Origin: an uncultured bacterium
GTDB taxonomy: Bacteria; Patescibacteriota; Gracilibacteria; UBA1369; PNNO01
Assembly (NCBI GenBank): GCA_963704705.1
Contig: OY969931.1
Location: 120,001 to 152,000 of the forward strand
Reading direction: 5' to 3'
Length of the DNA stretch: 32,000 nt
In this document: in pieces, positions 6,263-15,512 of the stretch
How positions within the stretch are numbered: position 1 is the stretch's first letter
How the letters are laid out: every line of letters starts with the position of its first letter
Notes under the pieces: generated by a model
Seen by the model: only the letters and a program-made list of their open reading frames with translations
Told to the model about the DNA's origin: nothing
Database searches by the model: none
Position numbers and translations under genes: made by a program

Positions 6263-8452
6263 CTATTCCTCTATCTTAACCAACGGCGCCACACTCAAAG
6301 CCAAACGCTTTATTCCAACAGCCGCATCTTTAAAGGCAATCGTGGCTACTTCACCTTGAACACTAACAACTACTCCTTCACCGAAAGTTGTGTGAATAAC
6401 CCGGTCGCCGTCACGCAAATCAATGCATGTTGAAACTTCTTCTTCCGGAACAGCCTTCATTGAGCCGCCAAGTCCAGCCATGAATCCGCCGCCAACAGAC
6501 ATATGAGTTCGCGGCTGTCCATAAATATAAACCAAAGCATCAGGTATATCTCCGATAAACTGCGAAGGCGCATTTGACTGAGCTTCTCCGTATAGCATTC
6601 TCTGGCGGGCATTAATCAAAAATAGTCTTTCCATTGCTCGGGTAATCGCCACATACATTAAGCGTCTTTCTTCTTCGAGCTCTTCAGGCTCGAGCATTGA
6701 ACGCGAATGCGGAAAAATTCCTTCTTCAAGTCCAATAATAAATACATTATCAAATTCAAGGCCTTTTGCGCTGTGAACAGTCATTAATACAACAGCGTTT
6801 TCTTTGTCATCCATTGAATCCACGTCGCTGATCAACGAAATTTCCTCTAAAAATACCGAAAGGCTAACCCCCGGATTTAGCAAATCATACTTTGAAGCAA
6901 CTGAAATTAATTCCGCGATGTTTTCGTAGCGTGCTTCGCCTTCAGGCGTGCCGTCCATAACAAACTCGCGGTAGCCCGATAATTTAAGTACGTGTTTGAT
7001 AACACCGCTTGCGGAAAATTCGTCATTTGCTTTTTTGAGCTGCTCAATTAATTTCACAAACTTTTTTATTGCTGCAATTTTGCCATCGTTAAGGTCGCTT
7101 ATTTCTTCGCATCTGCGCATTGCATCGTAGAATGATAACCCGTTTCGCCCCGCGTGTGTTTGCAAAGCTTCAATTGTTTTTGTGCCGATTTTGCGTGCCG
7201 GAGTGTTGATTATTCGGAGCAAGCTAACTGAGTCAGCAGAGTTTTGAACAACACGTAAGTAAGCAACCATGTCTTTAACTTCTTTTCGTTCGTAGAATCT
7301 TATCCCTCCAACGATTTTATATGGCAGGCCGTATCTTAAAAACACTTCTTCAATTGCGCGCGATTGTGCGTTTGTTCTGTATAAAACAACAAATTTATTG
7401 TATGGAGGAGCTTCATAATCTGCTGTGAGCTCACGTATTTTTTCAGCGATTAATTCGCCTTCGTGGCGTTCGTTTCTTGCTTCGATCACAGTGATTTTTT
7501 CTCCGCCTTCTTTTTCTGTCCACAATTTTTTGTCTTTTCGTTTTCTGTTTTTAACAATGATTTCGTGCGCAGCTTCAAGAATGATTGAAGTTGATCTGTA
7601 ATTTTGCTCCATCATTACAATTTTCGCATCAGGATAATCTTTTTCAAAATCCAGAATATTTCGGATATCAGCGCCGCGCCAACTGTAAATGCTTTGGTCG
7701 CTGTCACCGATTACACAAATATTTCTGTACTTTTCAGCAAGCAATTTAACAAGAGTATACTGCGCATGATTGGTATCCTGGTACTCATCCACGCAAATAA
7801 ATTTAAATTTTTCCTGATAATAATCGAGCACATCCGGATTTGCCTGAAAAAGCTCAATTGTTTTCATTAATAAATCATCAAAGTCGAGCGCATTATTTTT
7901 TCGTAAAGCATCCTGATAAGGCCCGTATAATTCGGCAACACGCTCGGTAAAATAATTGTGCGCCATTGATAAATATTTTTCAGGGTCAATAAGTTCGCTT
8001 TTCGCATTTGAAATATGATTCAAAATCGCTTTTGGATTTATCTGTTTTGAATCGATATGCCTTTCTTCCATCAGTCTTTTCATAAGGATTTGCTGGTCCG
8101 CAACATCGTAAATAGTAAAATTATTTTCATAATCGAGTAAGTGTAAATTTCGTCTTAAAATCCTTACGCAAGTCGAGTGAAAAGTGCCCACAGTTGGTTC
8201 ACTTGTTAAATTCGAACCTTCCAATAGCTTTTTTATTCTTTCTTTCATTTCATTGGCAGCCTTGTTCGTAAAAGTCACAGCCAGAATATTCCAGGGTGAA
8301 ATACCATGTTTTTTTATAAGATAAGCAACACGATGAGTCAGCGCGCGGGTCTTGCCGGAGCCGGCTCCCGCAATAATAATCAGCGGCCCAAGCTCGTGGG
8401 TAACCGCTTCTTTTTGCTTATCGTTCAAGTTTTTTAGGATTGCTTCCGGCAT
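6263..8452 (-). CDS. pcrA: ATP-dependent DNA helicase PcrA/UvrD (SF1)
   Basis: Walker A AGAGSGKTRALTHRVAYLI, DEYQDT motif, YRS, VMTVHSAKGLEF and a C-terminal Tudor-like GDRVIHTTFGEGVV. The protein is 729 aa. Confidence 0.92.
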   Translation of the reverse strand: MPEAILKNLNDKQKEAVTHELGPLIIIAGAGSGKTRALTHRVAYLIKKHGISPWNILAVTFTNKAANEMKERIKKLLEGSNLTSEPTVGTFHSTCVRILRRNLHLLDYENNFTIYDVADQQILMKRLMEERHIDSKQINPKAILNHISNAKSELIDPEKYLSMAHNYFTERVAELYGPYQDALRKNNALDFDDLLMKTIELFQANPDVLDYYQEKFKFICVDEYQDTNHAQYTLVKLLAEKYRNICVIGDSDQSIYSWRGADIRNILDFEKDYPDAKIVMMEQNYRSTSIILEAAHEIIVKNRKRKDKKLWTEKEGGEKITVIEARNERHEGELIAEKIRELTADYEAPPYNKFVVLYRTNAQSRAIEEVFLRYGLPYKIVGGIRFYERKEVKDMVAYLRVVQNSADSVSLLRIINTPARKIGTKTIEALQTHAGRNGLSFYDAMRRCEEISDLNDGKIAAIKKFVKLIEQLKKANDEFSASGVIKHVLKLSGYREFVMDGTPEGEARYENIAELISVASKYDLLNPGVSLSVFLEEISLISDVDSMDDKENAVVLMTVHSAKGLEFDNVFIIGLEEGIFPHSRSMLEPEELEEERRLMYVAITRAMERLFLINARQRMLYGEAQSNAPSQFIGDIPDALVYIYGQPRTHMSVGGGFMAGLGGSMKAVPEEEVSTCIDLRDGDRVIHTTFGEGVVVSVQGEVATIAFKDAAVGIKRLALSVAPLVKIEE

Positions 8453-8524
8453 AATCTGCGCACTTTAAAAATTACAGTCGGAAACTGATTATAACCTAAA
8501 AGTCCTATATAAAAAATATCAAGT

Positions 8525-9505
8525 TTACGGATGCACCCAAACAGGTGTACCAACATCAGTGAAGTCGTATGCGAATTCCGCGTCCTGAGGCAAAAGCCTG
8601 ATGCAACCGTGACTTCTTGGCTGACCAATGTGGCTTAATGCTTCACTCCAAAAATATCCGTTATCCCATGAAATACTTGGAAGTGCATGAATGCCATAGC
8701 CGCCAGCCCTGAAGTTCATCCATTTCGGCATTATGTAGTGAGGCCATGCAGCGCTTACACGAACTTCCTGTTTATAATAAATTTGAGTATTTCCATATGG
8801 CGTTGGGGTTGCCCATTTACCTGAACTAACAGGGAATTCACGTATTATAATGTCGCCTATTTTTAGGAACATTTTTTGCTCCGAAATGTCCACTTCAATT
8901 GACTTTGCTCCGTTAAAATCTTCATCGCTTACTTTTTTTGATTCATTAACATAATTCAAGAATTCTCTGTTTTCATTCATATATTCGCCAACATCAAAAT
9001 TTACAGCAAAAGGTTTTTCAATCCATTTCTGTCCTTCTACGACAATATCAAAAAATTCTCTGTAAACTCCTTTTTCATAAGGTACTTTAATATCAAATGT
9101 AAATGAACCTTTTTCTCCAGGTTTAACAACCGCCTGATCCAACTCGATTCTGCTTGGAGAGATCCAGTCAGTATAGAATACACTTTCTCTGTCTTTCCAT
9201 TTATCAGTTCCAAGTCTTGTTAAAGGCCTGAAATTACATCCGCTTTTATCCGAAAACATAGGAATTGTACCTGTGTTTTTAAAGTAAATTGTAACCTGTT
9301 CAATCGCGCCTGGGGTAAGTGTAAGCTTCTTTTTTGACCCAAGGTATTCAAAATCATAATTCAAATTAACATTTTCATCATATTGATAAGAGCAGATGTC
9401 AGGTTGCGCAGTTACATAATCCTGAGCCATAACCGTAAAATTTCCGAACACAAATATTGCAATAGCGGTTGTAAGTCCAAATCCAAATATTAAAAGTTTT
9501 TTCAT
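8525..9505 (-). CDS. Secreted L,D-transpeptidase (YkuD domain) with an N-terminal Ig-like/beta-sandwich domain
   Basis: Signal peptide MKKLLIFGFGLTTAIAIFVFGNFTVMA. The catalytic motif is GIHALPS...SHGCIRLLPQDA. Confidence 0.85.
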   Translation of the reverse strand: MKKLLIFGFGLTTAIAIFVFGNFTVMAQDYVTAQPDICSYQYDENVNLNYDFEYLGSKKKLTLTPGAIEQVTIYFKNTGTIPMFSDKSGCNFRPLTRLGTDKWKDRESVFYTDWISPSRIELDQAVVKPGEKGSFTFDIKVPYEKGVYREFFDIVVEGQKWIEKPFAVNFDVGEYMNENREFLNYVNESKKVSDEDFNGAKSIEVDISEQKMFLKIGDIIIREFPVSSGKWATPTPYGNTQIYYKQEVRVSAAWPHYIMPKWMNFRAGGYGIHALPSISWDNGYFWSEALSHIGQPRSHGCIRLLPQDAEFAYDFTDVGTPVWVHP

Positions 9506-9559
9506 ACATTTGTGTTTTTATTTTTATATATAATATTGTACAATAATTTTGCTTTATTG

Positions 9560-10015
9560 TCAATTATTCTGAGCTTTTAATTTTTCTAATTCTTCCTGGA
9601 AACTAGCCACATCTTTAAAACTTCTATAAACCGAAGCGAATCTTATATATGCAACTTCATCAAGTTTTTTTAATTCTTCCATTATTCCTTCGCCAATAAC
9701 ATCAGAAGGTACCTCTTTGCCGTAGTTTCTCCATCTTTCTTCAAGATTTTGGATTATCCCGTCAACCTGAGCCTGAGTAACAGGTCTTTTTTCGCATGCC
9801 CTCCAAATACCCTTGCGCACTTTTTCCTGAACATAAGGTTCACGCGAATCATTTCGCTTAATCACAATCAAATTATTGTGTTCCAGACGTTCAAAAGTAG
9901 TAAACCTTAGTTTACAATCCGGGCACTCGCGTCTTCGTCTTGTTGACTTGCCTTCTCCGGTCTCGCGCGAATCAAGAACACGAGTATTTTTAGCTTTGCA
10001 TTTGGGACATTTCAT
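9560..10015 (-). CDS. nrdR: Transcriptional repressor NrdR (zinc ribbon plus ATP-cone)
   Basis: MKCPKCKAKNTRVLDSRETGEGKSTRRRRECPDCKLRFTTFERLE, followed by an ATP-cone. The first 26 nt overlap the end of the upstream dgt-like gene. Confidence 0.95.
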   Translation of the reverse strand: MKCPKCKAKNTRVLDSRETGEGKSTRRRRECPDCKLRFTTFERLEHNNLIVIKRNDSREPYVQEKVRKGIWRACEKRPVTQAQVDGIIQNLEERWRNYGKEVPSDVIGEGIMEELKKLDEVAYIRFASVYRSFKDVASFQEELEKLKAQNN

Positions 10016-11159
10016 CTACTTCTTGTTGAGTAATAATATTATGCTTTAAAGCTTGATCAATGGCAAACCGATCTGTCATGCCGGCAACATAATCTCTCAC
10101 CACCAATAAGTTATTGCGTTCATTGCCTTCAATAATTCTTTCAGAATAATGCTTTTGCATTTCGTTTGGATTTTTAAGATAAAAATCAAAAAGAGGACCA
10201 ATTATATGATCAGCAATTTTAAGTAATTTAACAACGATAGAACTATTATATAAATTTTCCACTAAAAATTCCCTTGCTTCCTTAAGCTCTTCCAAAAATT
10301 CTTTACTATGAGTTATTAATTTTTCTTTTGCATTTCTTACATCTGCAACAGTTTCAATATGATTTCTTTTTAGATTAACAACACTTGCATCTTCAACTTC
10401 GTGCATTAATACATGCACTATTGAGCTTACAACTTTGGAAATATAATTAACTTCATCGGCTGGTTCAGGAGTATCTTTAAAGGCAAATTCATGTGCTCTT
10501 TGCCAAAGTTTCAATTTTTTTACTTCATCAAGTTTTAAAATTCCCGCTTTAAGGCCATCTTTAAGATCATGTGCTGTATATGCAATTTCATCAGCCAAAT
10601 CAACGACCTGAGCTTCCAAAAGCGGCTTAGGCCCATCTTTTTCATATCTGTTTGTAATCGGATCATGCGGGCTTTCATGCTTTAAATAACCCTCAAGAGA
10701 TTCTTCGCTTAACCCCAGATTTTTGCAAATTCGCCAGCTTTGTTTATTGTGATCAAACCCTTCTGCAATGCCTTTTTCTTTAAGCTTTTTATCAAGAATT
10801 TTCTCACCTTTATGCCCGAAAGGAGTGTGCCCCAAATCATGCCCCATGGCTATTGCTTCAGCCAAATCATGATTCAACCTTAAAAGTTTGCAGAGGCCTT
10901 TGGCAATTGATCTAACTTGATCTGTATGTGTGCTTCTTGTTCTGAAATGGTCATGATAATAAGAAGGAAAAACCTGCGATTTACCCTGCATTCTGTCATG
11001 TGCCTCGCTATAAAGAATTACATCCTGGTCATGATGAAAAACAGTCCTTTCATCTTTGGGTTTTGTTTTAGAATCCTTACTTTTAAATGCATATCCTGCA
11101 AGGATTTGCATTTCATGTGCTTCTAATTCTTGTCGCGTACATGTAGCAGTGAATTCCAT
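9990..11159 (-). CDS. dgt: dGTP triphosphohydrolase-like HD-domain protein
   Basis: RTRSTHTDQVRSIA...MGHDLGHTPFGHKGE...DLADEIAYTAHDLKDG...RDYVAGMTDRFA. These are the typical Dgt/HD phosphohydrolase family motifs. Confidence 0.85.
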   Translation of the reverse strand: MEFTATCTRQELEAHEMQILAGYAFKSKDSKTKPKDERTVFHHDQDVILYSEAHDRMQGKSQVFPSYYHDHFRTRSTHTDQVRSIAKGLCKLLRLNHDLAEAIAMGHDLGHTPFGHKGEKILDKKLKEKGIAEGFDHNKQSWRICKNLGLSEESLEGYLKHESPHDPITNRYEKDGPKPLLEAQVVDLADEIAYTAHDLKDGLKAGILKLDEVKKLKLWQRAHEFAFKDTPEPADEVNYISKVVSSIVHVLMHEVEDASVVNLKRNHIETVADVRNAKEKLITHSKEFLEELKEAREFLVENLYNSSIVVKLLKIADHIIGPLFDFYLKNPNEMQKHYSERIIEGNERNNLLVVRDYVAGMTDRFAIDQALKHNIITQQEVDEMSQMQS

Positions 11160-11224
11160 TTTATTACATTAAAAGTGTTATTGGTGTTGAATTATTGCAT
11201 AATAATCGTATGTTTTCAAGAAAG

Positions 11225-12190
11225 TTATGCAACCAGACTTTTACCGCCAATACCGCCCATTTCACCACTGCCTGTAGTGCGCATATAAATTTTCGCAGCA
11301 GGGGAGTCCTCAGGATAAAGAGTTGCAGGATCCTGCATTACATCAACAACATAATATTTACCATCTTCCATCATCACAATGTTCCATGCGTGCCCGAAAC
11401 CTTTTTTATAAAAATGACCTCTAATCAAACGCGATCTTATGCCATTTACATCAGCAAGCAGCTTATATAAAATCGCTCTGTGTCGGCAAACCCCAAAAGA
11501 CAAATCACCTAATTTAACTTTTTGAGTATTTCGTTTTTTCATTATTTTTTCAATTTCATCCTCGGTATCTTCTTCGATTTTTGGGTTTCTTGAGCCTCCA
11601 AAATGATTAGACACAAACATAGCAAGAGCAGAGATTTTTTGTTTTTGTGTAGAGAAATTGCTTAACCATTTTTTTGATTCTTCGATGATTATATTTAATT
11701 TATGATCATTTTCAACATCAACAACGATCACTTCTCTGTTTGGAGATATTGGCTCATATTTCCCTTTTTTATTTCTTTCATATTTCATTTTTCTGCCACC
11801 ATCAACAAACCCATTTGGAATTCTGTCTGCAAAATCCAAAAACCCTTTTTTTAAATAATCCAGACTCACTTTTCTATCTTTAACTTCACTGTCATAACCT
11901 ATAACTTTATATAAAGATCTTTGTGTTAAAAATGTAATTTCACCGCTTTTAGGATCAACACTAATCTGGCGGATAGGACTTAGTTGGTCGCCCTCTTTAA
12001 ATGTCATAACTTCACCTACTCTAACTGTACTTAAAACCTTCCCTCTAATAAAATCGCCGATAGATGTAATGGTGTGCTTTTCGTTATCCAATTGCAGTTT
12101 TCGAACTGTTATTTCAGCTCCTTTGGGAATAAGAATCTGGGTGTAATCAGAATCGCTATGCGCAGGATCTAATAATATTTTTTCATGCAT
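11225..12190 (-). CDS. Hypothetical protein with a C-terminal transglutaminase-fold, EDR1/CTR1-N-terminal-like putative cysteine peptidase domain
   Basis: The segment FVSNHFGG...LGDLSFGVCRHRAILYKLLADVNGIRSRLIRGHFYKKGFGHAWNIVMMEDGKYYVVDVMQDPATLYPED follows the pattern I recall for plant EDR1/CTR1 N-terminal domains (HMGG...G.CRHRALLFKVLAD...R.V.G...N......Y.VDLM..PG.L.P.D). Candidate Cys, His and Asp residues are all present. Confidence 0.6.
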   Translation of the reverse strand: MHEKILLDPAHSDSDYTQILIPKGAEITVRKLQLDNEKHTITSIGDFIRGKVLSTVRVGEVMTFKEGDQLSPIRQISVDPKSGEITFLTQRSLYKVIGYDSEVKDRKVSLDYLKKGFLDFADRIPNGFVDGGRKMKYERNKKGKYEPISPNREVIVVDVENDHKLNIIIEESKKWLSNFSTQKQKISALAMFVSNHFGGSRNPKIEEDTEDEIEKIMKKRNTQKVKLGDLSFGVCRHRAILYKLLADVNGIRSRLIRGHFYKKGFGHAWNIVMMEDGKYYVVDVMQDPATLYPEDSPAAKIYMRTTGSGEMGGIGGKSLVA

Positions 12191-12301
12191 TTTTGTTTGT
12201 TTTTGTTGATTAAATTATACCATAAAATAAGTTTTTCGCCAATAGCGGTGCATTTCCCTCTCAACCCAGTCGTCCTGGTCGACCCATCCGAGCGAGAAAT
12301 A

Positions 12302-12330
12302 TTGTGCAAAATTCGCACACGCGCTAAAAT
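12302..12330 (+). promoter_or_regulatory. Candidate sigma70-type promoter (TTGTGC-17 nt-TAAAAT) placed so that transcription would start at or next to the recombinase ATG, giving a leaderless mRNA
   Basis: -35 at 12302-12307 and -10 at 12325-12330, with the ATG at 12337. There is no SD between them. Confidence 0.3.
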
Positions 12331-12336
12331 ACGGAT

Positions 12337-13251
12337 ATGGACAAACTTTCGCAACACATTCGCAAATTTCTTGAGCATGTTGAGGTTGGCAAAAACCAAT
12401 CCCAAAAAACCATCGAAAACTACAACCACTACCTCACGCGATTTCTTGAGTGGTATGGAGACAAACAACCACACCAAATAAAACTCGACGACATACACAA
12501 ATATCGGCTTTATCTAAACCGATATGCTGATGATCGCGGAAGAACTCTTGGCGTAAAAACGCAAAATTATCATATAATTGCACTTCGGGCTTTTCTCAAA
12601 TATCTCACAAAAAACGATATTGCCACGCTTCCGCCTGAAAAAATCGACCTTCAAAAAATTCCGGAAAGAACAGTAGAGTACCTGACCCGTGAAGAGCTCG
12701 AGCGGCTTTTTAAAGCAATTAATGCAAACACTATTAAGGGCAGGCGCGACCGCGCAATTGTTGAAACTCTCTATTCAACCGGGCTTCGTGTTAGCGAGTT
12801 GGTGAGCCTGAATCGTCAGCAGGTTGATCTTAAACGAAAAGAATTTATGGTCAGAGGAAAGGGCAGAAAGCCACGCATTGTTTTTCTGTCAGAACGTGCC
12901 GCAAAATTTATTAAGGATTATTTGGATGAACGCCGTGATAATTTTGATCCGCTTTTTATTAATCATGGCAGAAGCAGAAAAGGCGATGATATAACTTTGG
13001 GAGAGAAAAAGCGATTAACCACTGTTTCAGTGCAGAATGTAGTTAGAAATACAGCTTTAAAAGCAGGTATAATTAAAAAAGTTACACCGCATGTTCTCAG
13101 GCATTCATTTGCAACCGAGCTGCTTCTTAACGGCGCAGATATCCGTTCGGTTCAGGAAATGCTTGGTCATGCTTCAATCACGACTACGCAAATTTATACG
13201 CATGTAACTAACAAGCGTCTAAGAGAAATCCACGAGAAGTTTCATAGATAA
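12337..13251 (+). CDS. xerC: Tyrosine site-specific recombinase, XerC/XerD type
   Basis: N-terminal SAM-like domain plus the catalytic domain RDRAIVETLYSTGLRVSEL...HVLRHSFATELLLNGADIRSVQEMLGHASITTTQIYTHV (R..HxxR..H..Y). XerC and XerD cannot be told apart by eye. Confidence 0.88.
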   Translation: MDKLSQHIRKFLEHVEVGKNQSQKTIENYNHYLTRFLEWYGDKQPHQIKLDDIHKYRLYLNRYADDRGRTLGVKTQNYHIIALRAFLKYLTKNDIATLPPEKIDLQKIPERTVEYLTREELERLFKAINANTIKGRRDRAIVETLYSTGLRVSELVSLNRQQVDLKRKEFMVRGKGRKPRIVFLSERAAKFIKDYLDERRDNFDPLFINHGRSRKGDDITLGEKKRLTTVSVQNVVRNTALKAGIIKKVTPHVLRHSFATELLLNGADIRSVQEMLGHASITTTQIYTHVTNKRLREIHEKFHR

Positions 13252-13253
13252 AT

Positions 13254-13544
13254 TTACCCTTTAAGTGCTCTTGAAGTTCCGAATTGAGCGCTTCTTTGTA
13301 TAGCCATTCTTTCAAAACTTTGGCTTTTTCTTTTTAAAACTAATTCAGTCACTTTAGATGCTATTTCCATTCCAAGTTTATTAATCAGCGATATCAATAT
13401 AGGTTTTGCCAGTTGATAATCGCCTTTAGCTTCAGCAAAAATTACATTTGCAAGGCATTCTAAATCCGATTCCGGATTTTCAATAAATTTTTTTATTTCA
13501 CCCTCCACTTTATCGAGCGGAGTAGGTTGAGTAGAAGTTTCCAT
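13254..13544 (-). CDS. Hypothetical protein (96 aa)
   Basis: The ORF is tightly packed 3 nt downstream of the flippase gene on the same strand. No motif was recognised. Confidence 0.4.
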   Translation of the reverse strand: METSTQPTPLDKVEGEIKKFIENPESDLECLANVIFAEAKGDYQLAKPILISLINKLGMEIASKVTELVLKRKSQSFERMAIQRSAQFGTSRALKG

Positions 13545-13547
13545 GTA

Positions 13548-15029
13548 CTATTTTTTTAACATTGATAAGTGTTCTTTGGTTACAGCCTTGGTTGCAAACA
13601 GCGCGACTACATATACCAGGGCACCCAAAGGTACCAATACTAGCACATTCCAGTTTTGAATCAAGCCAAAAGTTGGCTCTTTAAGTAGATAAACAAAAGC
13701 CCCCATTATCAAAGCAGAAAAGCCTATGCGTAATGCTCTCCAAATTTTTATTTTAAAAGGCAGAAAGCGCTTTACTGTTGTGAATACCAATATGAAAACC
13801 AATACCTCGCTCGCTACTGTTGCCAATGCAGCACCTCTGAATCCTATCCACGGTATAACTATTAAATTCGCAATAATATTAAAAGTCGCGCATATCCCGT
13901 TAATCCATACCAAATGTGCTTGTTTGCCGATCGCAATTAAAGTGAAATTGAAAATCACATTTAATGCTATCATCACAAAGCTAAATAACACTATTTGTAA
14001 GGCAATATCCGAACCATAAAATCCTACATCCAAATTGCTCACAAACTCTGGTTTCGCAATCAAATAAATCAATGGAACAGCAAGAATATATCCTCCAACC
14101 AGAAACGGCAGAGATAAAATCAGCTGAAAATCAAAAGTGTATTGAAGAATTCGCTTATAAGATTCCAGGCCTTGTTTTATGTGTTTTGTTAAAGTCGGCA
14201 AAACCGCATTCATAAAGAAAATCGGAAGAATCGCCAATGCCTCCAATAAACGCGCGGCAACACCGTATAGGCCCGCTTCTTCACGACCCCGAATATTGAA
14301 AACCAAAATCGCGTCAGCTCTAAAGTAAATATTGCTAAAGAATAATGCCAGGCCATATGGCGCAGCTTGTTTTAAAATATATTTTATCCTGTCTCCGTCC
14401 CATCTGAACCTTACAGGGGTATAACGCTTTATTACCGCGATGGTGAATAGAAGCATTGCAAAATTTCCAACTACTCCGGCCCAGAATAAATGATAAAAAC
14501 CAGTGTAAGTATCAGCGGCGAATAAAACAAACGCCACTAAAACCATATATCCAACCTGAATAATTTTACCAAAAATTTGCGCGCTCGCAGCATATTGCAT
14601 TTTATATTTTTCCTGCAAAACGCTCGTTAAAGTTCCGTTTATTAAAGCAATAAACGAGGCAGTTGTTGCAATCATAATCGCAAAAGGTATTTGTGTTCCC
14701 TGATGTGAAGGAACAAAAAATCCTCCTGTAATAACTCCGATAAGAACTATTATCCCGACCAAAACACGAATCGATAATATGTTACCGAGAATTTTTGGAA
14801 TGTCATCTTCATTTTTGGACATTTCCCTAACAGCAATTGTGTAGAGTCCAAAGTCAGCGATGATTGCAAAAAGCGCAAGGAACTCATAAACATTAGTATA
14901 TTCACCATATTTTCCAACGCTTAAGTAAGAAGTGATAATTTTGATAACCGCCAGGCTTAACAGTCCAACTCCGGCCCGTCCAATTATCTGAAAAATCGTA
15001 TTTGATAATATTTTTCTTGCAATCGTCAT
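13548..15029 (-). CDS. MOP-superfamily oligosaccharide/lipid-linked precursor flippase (Wzx/MurJ-like polysaccharide biosynthesis protein)
   Basis: 493 aa with about 12-14 hydrophobic helices. The N-terminal sequence ILSNTIFQIIGRAGVGLLSLAVIKIITSYLSVGKYGEY is typical of the Polysacc_synt/MOP family. Confidence 0.75.
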   Translation of the reverse strand: MTIARKILSNTIFQIIGRAGVGLLSLAVIKIITSYLSVGKYGEYTNVYEFLALFAIIADFGLYTIAVREMSKNEDDIPKILGNILSIRVLVGIIVLIGVITGGFFVPSHQGTQIPFAIMIATTASFIALINGTLTSVLQEKYKMQYAASAQIFGKIIQVGYMVLVAFVLFAADTYTGFYHLFWAGVVGNFAMLLFTIAVIKRYTPVRFRWDGDRIKYILKQAAPYGLALFFSNIYFRADAILVFNIRGREEAGLYGVAARLLEALAILPIFFMNAVLPTLTKHIKQGLESYKRILQYTFDFQLILSLPFLVGGYILAVPLIYLIAKPEFVSNLDVGFYGSDIALQIVLFSFVMIALNVIFNFTLIAIGKQAHLVWINGICATFNIIANLIVIPWIGFRGAALATVASEVLVFILVFTTVKRFLPFKIKIWRALRIGFSALIMGAFVYLLKEPTFGLIQNWNVLVLVPLGALVYVVALFATKAVTKEHLSMLKK

Positions 15030-15154
15030 AGCCAGTTTAAGATATCAGAAATGGGACTTCATTTCCAGCGGTTAAAAAGTGCGCTATGCAAATTGCTATT
15101 GATCTCTCCTGCACTATTTGTTTAAATTAATCCTCGATTTAATAACCTAATTTC

Positions 15155-15457
15155 ATGAATCCGACTGAAAATTTAACAAGACAACTTGAAAGTATTATTA
15201 CAACTCCAGATGTATTTGAAAAAACACTTTTAAAAAATCCAAAATTAATTGCAATAGTTGAAGACACGCTTGCCAAAGTTAAAAAAATTATGGCTGAAAG
15301 CGTTACAGTAACAGAAGATGGCCGCACAATGGAGCCGGTTGATTCTAACCAAAGCCCAATTCGATTTTTAGCAAAAAAAATCGAGGATGATCGCAGAAGA
15401 AGAGAGCACCATGCAGCCCAGGCCGGCCAGGTATTTGAAGGAGATGAAGATGCATAG
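15155..15457 (+). CDS. Hypothetical protein (100 aa, charged C-terminus)
   Basis: ORF only; no recognised motif. Confidence 0.45.
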   Translation: MNPTENLTRQLESIITTPDVFEKTLLKNPKLIAIVEDTLAKVKKIMAESVTVTEDGRTMEPVDSNQSPIRFLAKKIEDDRRRREHHAAQAGQVFEGDEDA

Positions 15458-15512
15458 TATACTAAGTATACCCTGGGTTACTTAGTAACCCCTACCTTAC
15501 TTAGTATATACT
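15457..15512 (+). promoter_or_regulatory. Cluster of three TACT(A/T)AGTA-core palindromes filling the spacer directly upstream of the prfB start codon
   Basis: The three elements are GTATACTAAGTATAC (15457-15471), GGGTTACTTAGTAACCC (15475-15491) and TACTTAGTA (15498-15506). The outer elements are also mutually complementary. The ATG is at 15514. Confidence 0.4.

Noticed and set aside
9990-11159. The dGTPase-like gene as an anti-phage defence system.
   Set aside because: It is flanked by and overlaps nrdR, and it sits among housekeeping genes. There are no other defence or mobile genes nearby and no compositional anomaly.
12169-12498. ORFs of 109 aa (-) and 98 aa (+) spanning the intergenic region and the start of the recombinase gene.
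   Set aside because: They overlap the well-supported recombinase gene and promoter region, and their sequences show no coding-like features.
12337-13251. The tyrosine recombinase as a marker of an integrated mobile element.
   Set aside because: Its size and motifs are typical of chromosomal XerC/XerD. There are no flanking repeats, cargo genes or compositional shift, and the high-GC island is 6 kb away.
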